IMG/VR virus record: IMGVR_UViG_2778261162_000006 | Coordinates: 1 to 56,751 of that record | Reading direction: 5' to 3' (one strand) | Source of the DNA: a virus | Lineage: Duplodnaviria; Heunggongvirae; Uroviricota; Caudoviricetes | DNA: 56,751 nt | Shown here: one piece after another, positions 18,810 through 28,276 of the stretch | Layout: each line of letters begins with the position of its first letter | How positions within the stretch are numbered: position 1 is the stretch's first letter | Position numbers and translations under genes: made by a program | Notes under the pieces: generated by a model | Told to the model about the DNA's origin: nothing | Databases searched by the model: none | What the model saw: the letters and a program-made list of their open reading frames with translations, nothing else

Positions 18810-20539
18810 GCCGGAAATCTTACCCCAACGTAAATGCTGCCAATCAGTATGCCCGGGATGTCGTTCGCGGAAAGATTGTGGCCTGCCAGTTTGTGATTCA
18901 GGCCTGCCAGCGCCATCTTGATGACCTGATGGCGGAAAAAAGTAAGTCGTTTCGTTACCGCTTCGACAAGGACCTGGCTGAACGGGCCGCGAAATTTATT
19001 CAGCTGTTGCCGCACACCAAGGGGGAGTGGGCATTCAAACGGATGCCCATCACGCTGGAGCCGTGGCAGCTATTTGTGATCTGCTGTGCGTTTGGCTGGG
19101 TCAATAAAGGCACCCGGTTGCGCCGCTTCCGGGAGGTGTATACCGAAATTCCCCGTAAGAACGGCAAATCGGCAATCTCTGCCGGTGTTGCCCTGTATTG
19201 TTTTGCCTGTGATAACGAGTTTGGCGCGGAAGTGTATTCCGGTGCCACGACAGAGAAACAGGCATGGGAAGTCTTTCGTCCGGCACGATTGATGTGTAAA
19301 CGCACACCCATGCTGACGGAAGCGTTCGGGATTGAGGTTAACGCCTCAAACATGAACCGTCCGGAGGATGGTGCGCGGTTTGAACCGCTGATCGGTAACC
19401 CCGGTGATGGTTCATCACCCCACTGTGCCGTGGTGGATGAATATCACGAGCACGCCACCGATGCGCTTTATACCACGATGCTTACCGGGATGGGGGCGCG
19501 ACGTCAGCCACTGATGTGGGCCATTACCACCGCCGGGTACAACATTGAGGGGCCGTGCTACGACAAGCGGCGGGAAGTCATCGAGATGCTCAACGGCTCG
19601 GTGCCTAACGATGAACTGTTCGGGATCATCTATACCGTTGACGAAGGCGATGACTGGACCGACCCGCAGGTGCTGGAAAAAGCTAACCCGAATATTGGCG
19701 TGTCGGTTTATCGCGAATTTTTGTTAAGTCAGCAGCAGCGTGCGAAAAATAACGCCCGTCTGGCAAACGTCTTTAAAACAAAACACCTCAATATCTGGGT
19801 GTCGGCGCGTTCGGCGTATTTCAACCTGGTGAGCTGGCAGAGCTGCGAGGATAAATCACTGACCCTTGAGCAGTTCGAGGGGCAGCCGTGCATTCTGGCC
19901 TTTGACCTGGCGCGTAAACTAGATATGAACAGCATGGCGCGACTTTATACCCGCGAGATTGACGGTAAAACGCATTACTACAGTGTGGCCCCGCGTTTCT
20001 GGGTACCGTATGACACGGTGTACAGCGTCGAGAAAAATGAAGATCGACGGACAGCCGAACGCTTTCAGAAATGGGTGGAAATGGGCGTTCTGACCGTTAC
20101 CGATGGTGCGGAGGTGGATTATCGCTACATCCTCGAGGAGGCCAAAGCGGCGAACAAAATCAGCCCGGTCAGTGAGTCACCCATCGACCCTTTCGGGGCG
20201 ACCGGGTTGTCACATGACCTTGCTGATGAAGACCTGAACCCCATCACTATCATTCAGAACTACACCAACATGTCCGACCCGATGAAAGAGCTGGAAGCGG
20301 CAATTGAATCGGGGCGCTTTCATCATGATGGCAATCCCATCATGACCTGGTGTATCGGCAACGTGGTCGGCAAAACCATTCCGGGTAACGATGATGTGGT
20401 GAAGCCCGTCAAAGAGCAGGCGGAAAACAAAATCGATGGTGCAGTTGCGCTGATTATGGCGGTTGGCAGAGCCATGCTGTACGAGAAAGAAGACACGCTG
20501 TCTGACCACATTGAGTCCTATGGGATCCGCTCGCTTTAA
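18806..20539 (+). CDS. Terminase large subunit
   Basis: 577 aa; ATPase and nuclease segments; ATGA overlap with small subunit. Confidence 0.85.
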
Positions 20540-20550
20540 CTGAGGTAATT

Positions 20551-20733
20551 ATGATCATGCTGATTCTCGCGCCGCTGGTGGGCGTGCTGGGGGCGCTTTT
20601 GCTGGCGTATGGTGCCTGGCTGATTTATCCCCCGGCGGGGTTTGTTGTTGCCGGGGCGTTGTGCCTGTTCTGGTCGTGGCTGGTGGCGCGATATCTCGAC
20701 CGTACACAGTCGTCTGTCGGCGGAGGTAAATAG
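20551..20733 (+). CDS. Small membrane protein (60 aa)
   Basis: Two hydrophobic helices; GAGGT RBS. Confidence 0.5.
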
Positions 20734-21974
20734 TGTTCTTTTCGGGATTATTTCAACGAAAAAGTGACGCACCGGTGACCACGCCAGCAGAGCTGGCGGA
20801 TGCTATCGGGTTGTCCTACGACACCTATACCGGAAAGCAGATCAGCAGCCAGCGGGCCATGCGACTGACGGCGGTTTTTTCCTGTGTCAGGGTGCTGGCG
20901 GAGTCGGTCGGGATGTTGCCCTGCAACCTGTATCACCTGAACGGCAGCCTGAAGCAGAGAGCCACTGGCGAACGTCTGCATAAGCTGATCTCCACGCATC
21001 CCAATGGCTATATGACGCCGCAGGAGTTCTGGGAGCTGGTGGTCACCTGTCTGTGCCTGCGGGGAAACTTTTACGCCTACAAAGTGAAAGCATTTGGCGA
21101 AGTGGCTGAACTGCTGCCCGTCGATCCCGGTTGTGTGGTACCGAAGCTTAACAGTAGCTGGGAGCCGGTCTATCAGGTCACATTCCCGGATGGCTCCACG
21201 GATGTACTGAGCCAGGAGGATATCTGGCATGTGCGCACGCTGACGCTGGACGGACTGGTGGGGCTGAATCCCATCGCCTATGCCCGCGAGGCAATATCGC
21301 TGGCGGCAGCGACCGAAGAGCACGGGGCCAGACTGTTTAGCAATGGCGCGGTGACGTCGGGTGTGTTGCGTACAGAGCAGACGCTGTCAGATCAGGCTTA
21401 TGAGCGCCTGAAGAAAGATTTTGAGGAGCGTCACACCGGGCTTGGCAATGCTCACCGCCCGATGATCCTTGAGATGGGGCTGGACTGGAAGTCGATGGCG
21501 CTGAACGCCGAGGACAGCCAGTTCCTGGAAACCCGCAAGTTTCAGCTTGAAGAAATCTGTCGTCTGTTCCGGGTGCCGTTGCACATGGTGCAGAACACCG
21601 ATCGCGCCACCTTCAATAATATCGAAGAGCTGGGGCTGGGATTTATCAACTATTCACTGGTGCCGTATCTGACCCGCATCGAACAGCGGATCAACACCGG
21701 ACTGGTACGAAAAAGTAAGCAGGGCGTTTATTACGCCAAATTTAACGCCGGGGCGTTACTGCGCGGGGATATGAAGTCCCGTTTTGAAGCCTACGCCACC
21801 GGGATCAACTGGGGAATTTACTCTCCCAATGACTGCCGCGACCTGGAAGATATGAATCCGCGTCCCGGTGGTGATGTCTATCTCACACCGATGAACATGA
21901 CCACGAAACCCTCCGATGGCAGTAAAGCCGGTAAGCAGAAGGATAACGCCAATGCAGACGAAACAACGTCTTGA
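20733..21974 (+). CDS. Portal protein (HK97-family-like)
   Basis: 413 aa; GTG start after GGAGGT; position after terminase. Confidence 0.8.
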   Translation: MFFSGLFQRKSDAPVTTPAELADAIGLSYDTYTGKQISSQRAMRLTAVFSCVRVLAESVGMLPCNLYHLNGSLKQRATGERLHKLISTHPNGYMTPQEFWELVVTCLCLRGNFYAYKVKAFGEVAELLPVDPGCVVPKLNSSWEPVYQVTFPDGSTDVLSQEDIWHVRTLTLDGLVGLNPIAYAREAISLAAATEEHGARLFSNGAVTSGVLRTEQTLSDQAYERLKKDFEERHTGLGNAHRPMILEMGLDWKSMALNAEDSQFLETRKFQLEEICRLFRVPLHMVQNTDRATFNNIEELGLGFINYSLVPYLTRIEQRINTGLVRKSKQGVYYAKFNAGALLRGDMKSRFEAYATGINWGIYSPNDCRDLEDMNPRPGGDVYLTPMNMTTKPSDGSKAGKQKDNANADETTS

Positions 21975-22602
21975 TGTACCGCTGAGTCTGAAATCTGTCA
22001 GTGACTCCGGTGAGTTTGAAGGGTATGGCTCCGTCTTTGGTGTAAAGGACAGCCACGATGATGTGGTGATGTCCGGGGCATTTGCTGCTTCCCTGCGGGC
22101 GTGGAGTGACAGAAAAGCGTTACCTGCGCTGCTCTGGCAGCACCGCATGGATGAACCCATCGGTGTTTACACCGAAATGAAGGAAGACGATGTCGGGCTT
22201 TACGTCAGGGGACGGTTGCTTATTGATGATGATCCCCTCGCAAAACGCGCACATGCACACATGAAGGCCGGTTCGTTAACCGGCCTTTCTATTGGGTACG
22301 TCCTGAAAGACTGGGAATACGACCGGAGCAAAGAAGCCTTTCTGCTGAAAGAAATCGACCTCTGGGAAGTCAGCCTGGTGACGTTCCCGTCTAACGACGA
22401 GGCGCGGATCAGCGACGTCAAGAACGCACTGGCCCGCGGGGAAATCCCCGAACAGAAAAAAATCGAAAGAGTCCTGCGTGATGTCGGACTCTCCCGTACC
22501 CAGGCCAAAGCATTCATGGCCGGGGGCTATGGCGCACTGTCCCTGCGCGACGCTGAGGATGTGGGCTCTGCACTGAATGCACTGAAAAATCTGAACTTCT
22601 AA
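21952..22602 (+). CDS. Prohead protease (HK97-family-like)
   Basis: Position between portal and capsid; start at internal ATG overlapping portal end. Confidence 0.7.
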   Translation: MQTKQRLDVPLSLKSVSDSGEFEGYGSVFGVKDSHDDVVMSGAFAASLRAWSDRKALPALLWQHRMDEPIGVYTEMKEDDVGLYVRGRLLIDDDPLAKRAHAHMKAGSLTGLSIGYVLKDWEYDRSKEAFLLKEIDLWEVSLVTFPSNDEARISDVKNALARGEIPEQKKIERVLRDVGLSRTQAKAFMAGGYGALSLRDAEDVGSALNALKNLNF

Positions 22603-22616
22603 TCAGGAGAAATACG

Positions 22617-23822
22617 ATGGCGGTTGATATTAAAGATGTCGAACAGGTCGCGCAGGAGCTGCAGCAGAAGTTTGACGACTTCAAAGCAAAGAACGACAAG
22701 CGCGTGGATGCGATTGAGCAGGAAAAAGGCAAGCTTGCCGGGCAGGTGGAAACCCTGAACGGGAAACTCAGCGAGCTGGAAAACCTCAAAAGCGACCTTG
22801 AAAAAGAGCTGCTTGAGCTGAAACGTCCGGCAGGTGGAGCGCAAAATAAACTGGCCACCGAGCATAAAGAGGCGTTTGTGGGCTTCCTGCGTAAAGGCCG
22901 TGAAGATGGTCTGCGCGATCTGGAGCGCAAGGCATTACAGGTGGGCACCGATGAAGACGGCGGCTATGCCGTGCCGGAAGCACTGGATCGCAACATTCTT
23001 AACCTGCTGAAAGATGAAGTGGTGATGCGCCAGGAAGCCACGGTGATCACCGTTGGTGGTTCCGACTACAAAAAACTGGTGAATCTGGGCGGCACGGCTT
23101 CCGGATGGGTTGGCGAGACTGACGCGCGCTCCCAGACTGCCACCTCAAAACTGGGCCTGATTGAACCTTTCATGGGGGAAATCTACGGTAACCCGCAGGC
23201 CACCCAGAAAATGCTGGATGATGCCTTTTTCAACGTGGAAGCATGGATCAACAGCGAGCTGGCAACCGAATTTGCCGAACAGGAAGAAATTGCCTTTACT
23301 ACCGGCGATGGTACCAAGAAGCCGAAAGGGTTCCTGGCGTATGAATCCACTGATGAAACCGATAAGGTCCGGGCGTTCGGCAAACTTCAGCATATTGTAT
23401 CCGGCGAAGCGACGGCGGTGACCGCAGACGCCATTATCAAACTGATTTACACGCTGCGTAAGGCACACCGCACTGGCGCGAAGTTCATGATGAACAACAA
23501 CAGCCTGTTTGCCATCCGTCTGCTGAAAGACAGCGAGGGTAACTATCTGTGGCGTCCGGGGCTGGAACTGGGGCAGCCGTCCTCTCTGGCGGGTTACGGT
23601 ATCGCTGAAAACGAACAGATGCCGGATATCGCCGCTGATGCGAAAGCCATTGCATTTGGTAACTTCAAACGGGGTTACACCATCGTTGACCGTATCGGCA
23701 CCCGCATTCTGCGTGACCCGTATACCAATAAACCGTTTGTCGGTTTTTATACCACCAAGCGCACCGGCGGGATGCTGGTCGATTCGCAGGCCATCAAACT
23801 GCTGAAGATTGCAGCGGCGTAA
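22617..23822 (+). CDS. Major capsid protein (HK97 fold family)
   Basis: 401 aa; N-terminal coiled-coil delta-like region then capsid domain; followed by a hairpin at 23828..23852. Confidence 0.8.
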   Translation: MAVDIKDVEQVAQELQQKFDDFKAKNDKRVDAIEQEKGKLAGQVETLNGKLSELENLKSDLEKELLELKRPAGGAQNKLATEHKEAFVGFLRKGREDGLRDLERKALQVGTDEDGGYAVPEALDRNILNLLKDEVVMRQEATVITVGGSDYKKLVNLGGTASGWVGETDARSQTATSKLGLIEPFMGEIYGNPQATQKMLDDAFFNVEAWINSELATEFAEQEEIAFTTGDGTKKPKGFLAYESTDETDKVRAFGKLQHIVSGEATAVTADAIIKLIYTLRKAHRTGAKFMMNNNSLFAIRLLKDSEGNYLWRPGLELGQPSSLAGYGIAENEQMPDIAADAKAIAFGNFKRGYTIVDRIGTRILRDPYTNKPFVGFYTTKRTGGMLVDSQAIKLLKIAAA

Positions 23823-23871
23823 TCACTCAGGGGCGTGGAACCGCGCCCCCTGTTCTGACGGGTGAAGAATC

Positions 23872-24072
23872 ATGATCCTGAAACAAGATCTGAAATGGTC
23901 ACCGGACGGTATGCGTGTTGAGGTCATTCGGGCCGGTGAGTATGACGACGGGGCGCTTCCTGCCCGTGTGCAGGAGATTGCACTTCAGGCCGGGTTAGCA
24001 GAGCGCGGAATCAGTGCAAAAAGCAGTAAAGCGGCAAAAGAGAAAAAAGCCACGACCAGTAAAGAGGGCTGA
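23872..24072 (+). CDS. Small hypothetical head-region protein
   Basis: ORF, Lys-rich C-terminus. Confidence 0.45.
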   Translation: MILKQDLKWSPDGMRVEVIRAGEYDDGALPARVQEIALQAGLAERGISAKSSKAAKEKKATTSKEG

Positions 24073-24074
24073 GT

Positions 24075-24398
24075 ATGCTTCTGACAATGGAAGAGATTAA
24101 AGCCCAACTCCGGCTGGATGAGGATTTCGATGCTGATGACCGCCATCTGCAACTGCTGGCCTGTGCGGCACAAAAGCGGACGGAAACGTATCTGAACCGG
24201 AAGCTCTATGCTCCGGATGAAACCATTCCGGACAGCGATCCGGACGGGCTGCACCTGCCGGATGATATTCGTCTGGGGATGCTGATGCTTATCAGCCATT
24301 TTTACGAAAACCGCTCGTCGGTTACGGAAGTGGAGAAACTCGACATGCCGCAGAGTTTTGGCTGGCTTGTCGGCCCGTACAGGTACTTTCCGCAATGA
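24075..24398 (+). CDS. Head-tail connector (gp6-like)
   Basis: Position and size; overlapping stop/start. Confidence 0.65.
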   Translation: MLLTMEEIKAQLRLDEDFDADDRHLQLLACAAQKRTETYLNRKLYAPDETIPDSDPDGLHLPDDIRLGMLMLISHFYENRSSVTEVEKLDMPQSFGWLVGPYRYFPQ

Positions 24399-24805
24399 AA
24401 ATTCGTCAGGCGCAGACCAGCGCAACCTACATTCTGCCGGACCCCGGTGAACTGAATAAACGCGTCCTGATCCGCCAGCGGGTGGATATGCCCGCGGATA
24501 ACTTTGGCGTGGATCCTCAATACCCGGTTGCGTTCCGGACATGGGCGAAGGTTGTCCAGACCAGTGCCACCACCTGGCAGGAAACCGCGCAGACCGGGGA
24601 CGCCATCACCCATTACATCACCATTCGTTACCGCCGGGGGATCACCGCTGATTATGAGGTGGTCTGCGGTGACAGTGTGTACCGGGTGAAACGTCAGCGC
24701 GATCTGAACGGGGCGCGGCGCTTTCTGCTGCTGGAGTGTACGGAACTGGGCGAATTTACGCAGAGTCACGGAGGCAGCAATGGCGACTCCCTTTTTTCAC
24801 GTTGA
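24395..24805 (+). CDS. Head closure / head-tail adaptor protein
   Basis: Position and size. Confidence 0.6.
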   Translation: MKIRQAQTSATYILPDPGELNKRVLIRQRVDMPADNFGVDPQYPVAFRTWAKVVQTSATTWQETAQTGDAITHYITIRYRRGITADYEVVCGDSVYRVKRQRDLNGARRFLLLECTELGEFTQSHGGSNGDSLFSR

Positions 24806-25286
24806 TGTTCAGCAGCCCGCGGAGATGCGCTTTAACCGTGCCCGTGTCCGGCGGGCGTTTGTCACGATTGGGCAGCGTCATATGCGTGATGCCCGTCGGC
24901 TGGTGATGCGCCGTGCGCGGTCGGCACCGGGTGAAAACCCCGGTTATCAGACCGGACGCCTGGCTCGTTCGATTGGTTACATGGTGCCGAGAGCCAGTAA
25001 AAAGCGAGCCGGTTTTATGACACGCATTGCCCCTAACCAGCGCAACGGGAAGGGGAACCGGATGATCTCTGGTGACTTCTATCCGGCGTTTCTGTTTTTT
25101 GGTGTCCGGGGAGGAGCAAAGCGTCGTCGCAGCCATCATCGTGGTGCATCCGGTGGCAGCGGCTGGCGACTGGCTCCACGTAATAACTTTATGGTGGAAA
25201 CGCTTGAAAAGAACCGCAGCTGGACACGCTATTTTCTGGCGCGGGAATTACGTAAATCACTGAAGCCGGAGCGACGACACAGATGA
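24780..25286 (+). CDS. Head-tail joining protein (basic)
   Basis: Position; highly basic composition. Confidence 0.55.
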   Translation: MATPFFHVDVQQPAEMRFNRARVRRAFVTIGQRHMRDARRLVMRRARSAPGENPGYQTGRLARSIGYMVPRASKKRAGFMTRIAPNQRNGKGNRMISGDFYPAFLFFGVRGGAKRRRSHHRGASGGSGWRLAPRNNFMVETLEKNRSWTRYFLARELRKSLKPERRHR

Positions 25287-25843
25287 AACTGACGCCTGTT
25301 ATTGCTGCGCTGCGTGCCCGCTGCCCGTATTTTGAAAACCGGGTGGCAGGCGCGGCACAGTTCAAAAATCTGCCGGAGGTCGGAAAGCTGAGACTCCCGG
25401 CGGCGTATGTGGTACCGGGTGATGACTCTCCGGGAGAAAACAAAAGCCAGACCGACTACTGGCAGGAGCTGAAAGAGGGCTTCTCCGTGGTTGTCATACT
25501 GAGTAACGGGCGTGATGAGCGCGGTCAGTTTGCTTCGTATGATGTGGTGGACGATGTCCGGCAGATGCTCTTTAAGGCCCTGCTGGGCTGGAACCCGGAA
25601 GCGTGCGGTAACCCGATTACCTATGACGGCGGCACGCTGCTGGATCTGAATCGTCATGAGCTGATTTATCAGTTCGATTTTTCGGTCATCAGCGAGCTGA
25701 CCGAAGACGATACCCGCCAGCAGGATGACCTGAACAGTCTGGATGAACTGCGAACGCTGGCGATTGATGTTGATTATCTCGATCCCGGTAACGGGCCTGA
25801 CGGCGATATCGAACATCACACCGAAATAACCCTTCCTTCCTGA
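25283..25843 (+). CDS. Tail completion/terminator-like protein
   Basis: Position immediately upstream of the sheath gene. Confidence 0.5.
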   Translation: MKLTPVIAALRARCPYFENRVAGAAQFKNLPEVGKLRLPAAYVVPGDDSPGENKSQTDYWQELKEGFSVVVILSNGRDERGQFASYDVVDDVRQMLFKALLGWNPEACGNPITYDGGTLLDLNRHELIYQFDFSVISELTEDDTRQQDDLNSLDELRTLAIDVDYLDPGNGPDGDIEHHTEITLPS

Positions 25844-25851
25844 GAATCTTC

Positions 25852-26022
25852 ATGTTTGTGAAACCTGTTAAAGGGCGGTCAGTTCCTGACCCTGCCCGTG
25901 GCGACCTTTTGCCCGCCGAGGGGCGAAATGTTGACGAGAACAACTACTGGCTGCGCCGTGAAGCAGCGGGTGATATCCGGCGCGTGAATAAAAAGGTGAA
26001 TACCGATGACGATAAGCTTTAA
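25852..26022 (+). CDS. Small protein (56 aa) preceding the tail sheath (DUF2635-like position)
   Basis: ATG ORF below the 60-aa track cutoff; overlaps sheath start by 17 nt. Confidence 0.4.
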   Translation: MFVKPVKGRSVPDPARGDLLPAEGRNVDENNYWLRREAAGDIRRVNKKVNTDDDKL

Positions 26023-27502
26023 CACCATTCCGTCGAATACGCTGGTTCCGTTGTTTTATGCGGAAATGGATAACCAGGCGGCGAATACTGCACAGGACAG
26101 CGGAGCATCACTGCTGATTGGTCATGCCAATAACGGTGCAGAGATTGTTGCCAACAGTCTGGTGCTGATGCCGTCGGCAGACTATGCACGCCAGATTTGT
26201 GGTGCGGGAAGTCAGCTGGCGCGTATGGTCGAGGCTTATCGCCAGACCGACCCGTTTGGTGAGCTGTATGTGATTGCCGTTCCTGAATCCACGGGCGCGG
26301 CGGCAATGGTTACGCTGACGGTGACCGGGGCGGCAACCGAAACCGGCACGGTGAATGTGTATGTGGGACGTACCCGCGTGCAGGCTCCGGTGACCAACGG
26401 CGATAACGTCACGACGATTGCCAGCAGTATCAAAGATGCCATCAATGCCGTTCCGACTCTGCCGTTTACAGCTTCATCTTCGGCTGGTGTTGTCACGCTG
26501 ACCGCGCGTCATAAGGGGCTTTGCGGGAATGAAATTCCTGTCAGCCTCAATTACTACGGCTTCGGTGGGGGCGAAGTACTGCCAGCGGGCGTACAGATTG
26601 CCGTGGCGACGGGGACCGCCGGAACGGGCGCTCCGGTTCTCACCGGCGCGGTGGCTGCAATGGCGGATGAGCCGTTTGATTATATCGGTCTGCCGTTCAA
26701 CGACACGGCCTCCGTTAACACGCTGGTGACCGAAATGAACGATACCAGCGGTCGCTGGAGCTATGCGCGTCAGCTGTATGGTCATGTGTATACGGCAAAG
26801 ATCGGCACGTTGTCAGAACTGGTGACCGCAGGTGACCAGTTTAACCAGCAGCACATTACCCTGGCGGGGTACGAAAAAGAGACCCAGACGCCTGCCGACG
26901 AGCTGGCGGCAAGCCGTACCGCCCGCGCAGCGGTGTTTATTCGCAACGATCCGGCACGTCCCACGCAGACCGGTGAGCTGGTGGGTATGCTGCCTGCGCC
27001 GAAGGGGAAACGGTTCACGATGACCGAGCAACAGACCCTGCTGTCTCATGGCGTGGCAACGGCGTATGTCGAAAGTGGGGTACTACGCATTCAGCGTGAT
27101 GTCACCACGTACAGGAAAAACGCTTACGGGGTTGCGGATAACAGCTACCTCGACAGTGAGACGCTGCATACCAGCGCGTATGTACTGCGCAAACTGAAAT
27201 CCGTTATTACCAGTAAGTACGGGCGTCACAAGCTTGCCAGTGACGGTACCCGCTTTGGTCCCGGTCAGGCGATTGTCACCCCGGCGGTGATCAAAGGGGA
27301 ACTGCTGGCAACCTACCGTCAGCTCGAGCGTGCGGGGATCGTGGAAAACTACGAACTGTTTAAGCAGTACCTGGTTGTGGAGCGTGATGCCAGCGATCCG
27401 AACCGCCTGAACACGCTGTTCCCGCCTGACTATGTTAACCAGTTGCGTGTTTTTGCCGTGGTTAACCAGTTCCGTCTTCAGTATTCAGAGGAGTCTGCAT
27501 AA
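26006..27502 (+). CDS. Contractile tail sheath protein (Mu gpL-like)
   Basis: 498 aa; followed by tube, chaperone and tape measure in canonical order. Confidence 0.8.
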   Translation: MTISFNTIPSNTLVPLFYAEMDNQAANTAQDSGASLLIGHANNGAEIVANSLVLMPSADYARQICGAGSQLARMVEAYRQTDPFGELYVIAVPESTGAAAMVTLTVTGAATETGTVNVYVGRTRVQAPVTNGDNVTTIASSIKDAINAVPTLPFTASSSAGVVTLTARHKGLCGNEIPVSLNYYGFGGGEVLPAGVQIAVATGTAGTGAPVLTGAVAAMADEPFDYIGLPFNDTASVNTLVTEMNDTSGRWSYARQLYGHVYTAKIGTLSELVTAGDQFNQQHITLAGYEKETQTPADELAASRTARAAVFIRNDPARPTQTGELVGMLPAPKGKRFTMTEQQTLLSHGVATAYVESGVLRIQRDVTTYRKNAYGVADNSYLDSETLHTSAYVLRKLKSVITSKYGRHKLASDGTRFGPGQAIVTPAVIKGELLATYRQLERAGIVENYELFKQYLVVERDASDPNRLNTLFPPDYVNQLRVFAVVNQFRLQYSEESA

Positions 27503-27858
27503 TGGCCCGTATCGGGGGAACCTGTTATTTCAAAATTGACGGTCAGCAGCTATCGCTGACCGGCGGCATTGAGGTGCCCATGAACAGGACGGTCAATGAT
27601 GACATCATCGGCCTGGACGGCTCAGTGGACCGCAAGGAAACTCACCGTGCGCCTTATGTCAAAGGGACCTTCAAGGTGCCGAAGAATTTTCCGGTGAACA
27701 AAATCACCTCGTCTGATGAGATGACCATCACTGCCGAGCTGGCGAACGGTCAGGTCTATGTACTGTCGTCTGCCTGGCTGCACGGCGAAGCGAACCATAA
27801 TGCCGAAGAAGGCACGGTTGATCTTGAGTTCCACGGTGAAGAAGGGGATTACCAGTAA
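27502..27858 (+). CDS. Tail tube protein (Mu gpM-like)
   Basis: 118 aa; TAATG overlap with sheath. Confidence 0.75.
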   Translation: MARIGGTCYFKIDGQQLSLTGGIEVPMNRTVNDDIIGLDGSVDRKETHRAPYVKGTFKVPKNFPVNKITSSDEMTITAELANGQVYVLSSAWLHGEANHNAEEGTVDLEFHGEEGDYQ

Positions 27859-28127
27859 TGAAAGAGCTTGAGTTAAAGAAACCGATTACCGCTCATGGCG
27901 AGACACTCTCCGTACTGGAGTTTGATGAGCCCACCGGGAAGGATGTCCGCGAGCTGGGGTATCCCTACCAGATGAATCAGGATGAGTCCGTCAGACTTCT
28001 GGCGCATGTGGTGTCGAAATACATTGTGCGGCTGGCGAAAGTGCCGCAAAGCTCTGTTGACCAGATGTCTCCGGCAGACCTGAATGCAGCGGCGTGGCTT
28101 GTGGCTGGTTTTTTCCTCCAGGCCTGA
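27858..28127 (+). CDS. Tail assembly chaperone (short form)
   Basis: Position between tube and tape measure; slippery heptamer near 3' end. Confidence 0.7.
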   Translation: MKELELKKPITAHGETLSVLEFDEPTGKDVRELGYPYQMNQDESVRLLAHVVSKYIVRLAKVPQSSVDQMSPADLNAAAWLVAGFFLQA

Positions 28128-28276
28128 CGGCTGAATACCTCACTGATCGCTTCTTTGACTGCGCCAGCTACTGGCGCATTAATCCTTTCGAATTGCTGAA
28201 TATGCCGATCAGTGAAATTCCCTTACTGGTCAGTCAGGCAAACAGGATAGAGCAGGAGAAACGCACACATGGCTGA
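28094..28276 (+). CDS. -1 frame extension of the tail assembly chaperone (long form)
   Basis: Open -1 frame continues from slippery T-TTT-TTC (28109..28115) to 28276, overlapping tape measure start. Confidence 0.55.
   Translation: MACGWFFPPGLTAEYLTDRFFDCASYWRINPFELLNMPISEIPLLVSQANRIEQEKRTHG

Noticed and set aside
20748-21323. 191-aa minus-strand ORF inside the portal gene
   Set aside because: Antisense to the portal gene; Arg/Gln-rich composition from GC-rich antisense.
22514-22948. 144-aa Ser/Arg-rich minus-strand ORF
   Set aside because: Antisense to the protease-capsid junction; low-complexity composition.
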